Part shown: positions 61,625-64,000 of the stretch, piece by piece
How positions within the stretch are numbered: position 1 is the stretch's first letter
Layout of the letters: each line of letters opens with the position of its first letter
NCBI RefSeq assembly: GCF_009914755.1
Contig: NC_060939.1
From: the human T2T-CHM13v2.0 reference genome, Homo sapiens
Strand: one strand, 5' to 3'
Length of the DNA stretch: 64,000 bases
Notes under the pieces: generated by a model
What the model was told of the DNA's origin: nothing
Seen by the model: only the letters and a program-made list of their open reading frames with translations
Database searches by the model: none
Translations under genes and position numbers: made by a program

Positions 61625-61790
61625 TATTCGTTCGTTCATCCATTCATTCATTCATTCATTCATTCATTCATTGAGCAACTGTTTACTGACTGATGACCAT
61701 GCCAGGCTCTGCTGCAAGGGCTGAGGGTGTAGCAGTGAATAATACAAATAAAAACTCCTGCCATCGTGCAGCCTACACTCTAGTGAGCAT
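61625..61790 (-). mobile_element. L2 3' end with expanded (TTCA)n tail
   Basis: cattcattca... then tttactga..ccatgccaggctctg. Confidence 0.8.
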
Positions 61791-62634
61791 TAAATGCGAC
61801 AACACATAGAAGCATACAACCAAGTACCTGACACATGGTATTTCTTCAACAATCTGAATTGGAACAGGCTGCAGAAGACAGGAACATACCGGTGTTTCTC
61901 AGGCACTCCGGGTTCTGGTTAAAAGCATCTGTGTGTACAGGGAAGTGAAATTTCAAACAGACCCTTGGCATTCATAAGGGTTATATCCCAGGGCCTGTGA
62001 GAGTCTCCAGATTCACAACCACCATTACTGCATATAGCTTTTCCCAGCCTTTAACTCATCCCCCTAAAGTTTCTCCAATTTTTCATTAAAAACTGTCATT
62101 TTCTAAGTTATCCTTCACTTTCTGTTCCCTTCTACCACCTACCACGAGATGTCAGTTGACTTTCTTATGGGGCCTTTTGTTTATTTTTTAAAAAACAAAA
62201 TTTTTATTATGTCAAACAAAGTTCCTACCTTCCAGTAAAAGAGAACACAGGAAACAAAGCCTCATTGTGAAAGAAATACTGAGCTTTCAGCTAGGCTCCT
62301 TACTGGCTAAGCTCCTTGCTCCTCTGTGCCAAATTCATAGCATGAGCTATTCAGATTATAACTCAGCTTCGTGATACATTACTATATCACGGCCTTGGTG
62401 CTTGTTCCCAAATAGAAGGGACTTCAATCAGTAGGTCTATGAATGTCAATTCTGCCCTAGAAGAAATGCCAGTGGGCGTTTATAAAATAAACATGATCTA
62501 CCCCATGGGACTCTGATTCCATAAGTAGAGCGTCCAACTCAGTGTGGCTGGGGATTTCTCCATCAGGATTAGGAGGGTCAGCTCTGTGGTATAGTTTTCA
62601 TCGCTTTTCCCCTTACAACGTGTCTCCCTTGCAG

Positions 62635-62711
62635 AAAATGCTAGATTACCTAAAGGAGAAAAAGGATGCTGGATTCTTTCAAAGCCTTTCTGGTCTTATG
62701 CAGTCTTGCAG
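62635..62711 (+). CDS. RYR3: RYR3 exon, 77 nt: [25 protein letters not shown](S)
   Basis: tctcccttgcag acceptor; AG|gtaaat donor. Confidence 0.96.
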
Positions 62712-64000
62712 GTAAATGCGGGAAAACTACCATAGCATTTAAAAAACTCTTCCCTCTAAGCATAGGAGGCAGGGGAAGGGGAGCACAAAATATACTGGCC
62801 TACCATAGAATTCTTGAGAGAGGAAGCACCTACTTAGAAAGCTAAGAGAGTAGGTGTTGTTCCTCCAGCCTTCAGGATGACAATTCAGCTAACATTCAGA
62901 GGGGAAAATGTGATTGCCATTAGCCACATACACACGCTCCCCCACTGCTGTTGTGTTTAATCTCCCTTCCTTACCTCCACGTTTATGTTGCTTTCCCAGC
63001 AGGCTCAGTGTGCGCATTGAGTTTCTCATCAAACATGTATGTCCATAAAAGTCAAACCAGGAAAGAATGGAAAAGGGGGGATTCCTGACTATGATTCAGG
63101 GCTATGTTTTATTAAACCCACTAGGTACTTTGTTAATCTTTGTCCTTAACAATTCTTTGAGCTTGAATATGTGTTAGGGTAGTGTGTATTTTGACACATC
63201 CATTTTGACAGCGGTACATCCTGGCATGGGAACATTTTGACATAGCCTAAAAAACAAGGCTTTGAACTTTCCATTCATATTATTAAGCTGTTTAAGCCAC
63301 CCCTCATGGCTGAATGGCTCTGACACATAAATAATATATAATCCAGAGTCATAGGTCATGATACTTGCTGAATTCAGAGATGAGCCAGAATCTAAGAAAA
63401 GTGTCAGCTTATTGTCTAAGATTCATATGTATTTGGATAGTCTGCAGATAATTCTAAAAGAAATTAAACTTTTAATTACCTAGTTCATTTGCCTCCAATT
63501 ATGCTTTCCATTTAAAAATGTGGAGGATGGTCATCCTTTCTCTTGGTGGACTACATACTTTTGCTAACCATATTTCACTGGGTAAAATATCGTACCCTGG
63601 GCAGTAGGGAGCATATGTGAGCTGCAGTATAATTCTTTAGTCTCAGCTCTGTGGGGCTTTTCCCCACCAACAGTCTATTCATTTATTATCTCTCTCAGGA
63701 AAACAAAAAGGAATATTTCCAGGCCTGCCTCTCTGAGGCTAAAATAGTACATATGAACTCAGAGATGGCAAAAATCAAGGCAACTCAATTCCATATTGCT
63801 CATAAAGTTATCCATTTACTTTCTAACAGTTCTCTCAGTATCCTGTAATACTTAATATTGCTAAACTCATTTATAATGACAGCTTGGAGAGACAGGTGAT
63901 ATACGCTTAGATGCCAGCTGAGTTCTAACAGAAGTTTTAAGATGTCTTACTGCTGGGTTTTTTATGATTATAAGAACAATATATGTTTTTTAAAAATTTA

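Overview
Primate (most likely human) genomic DNA from inside the ryanodine receptor 3 gene (RYR3), + strand. I can trace 21 consecutive coding exons (2,367 nt, about 789 codons). Splice phases are consistent throughout, from ...LFCKLAALVRHRISLFG... through the calmodulin-binding segment ([24 protein letters not shown]) to ...[13 protein letters not shown]. The gene starts and ends outside the window. The most interesting part is an alternative-splicing module at 52-55.5 kb. It has a GC donor, then a 100-nt paralogous exon missed by the ORF track, then the canonical 97-nt exon; the two exons must be mutually exclusive by reading frame. The intron between them carries nested long-range complementary segments (14-bp perfect stem, 11-bp perfect stem extended by 3 pairs, further inner stem) and a bipartite QKI element. 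There is also a 15-nt micro-exon (AMQVK) with RBFOX, MBNL and QKI motifs and three tandem in-frame GT donors. Other oddities include a perfect 50-bp inverted duplication in an AT island, a solo MER4-family LTR filling about 90% of a small intron, a twin-primed old L1, trimeric Alus, and Alus arranged in strand-orientation blocks. The rest is ordinary intronic repeat content (Alu, L1, L2, MIR, MER5A, MER58, MER21). Repeat boundaries are approximate and subfamily calls are by eye.
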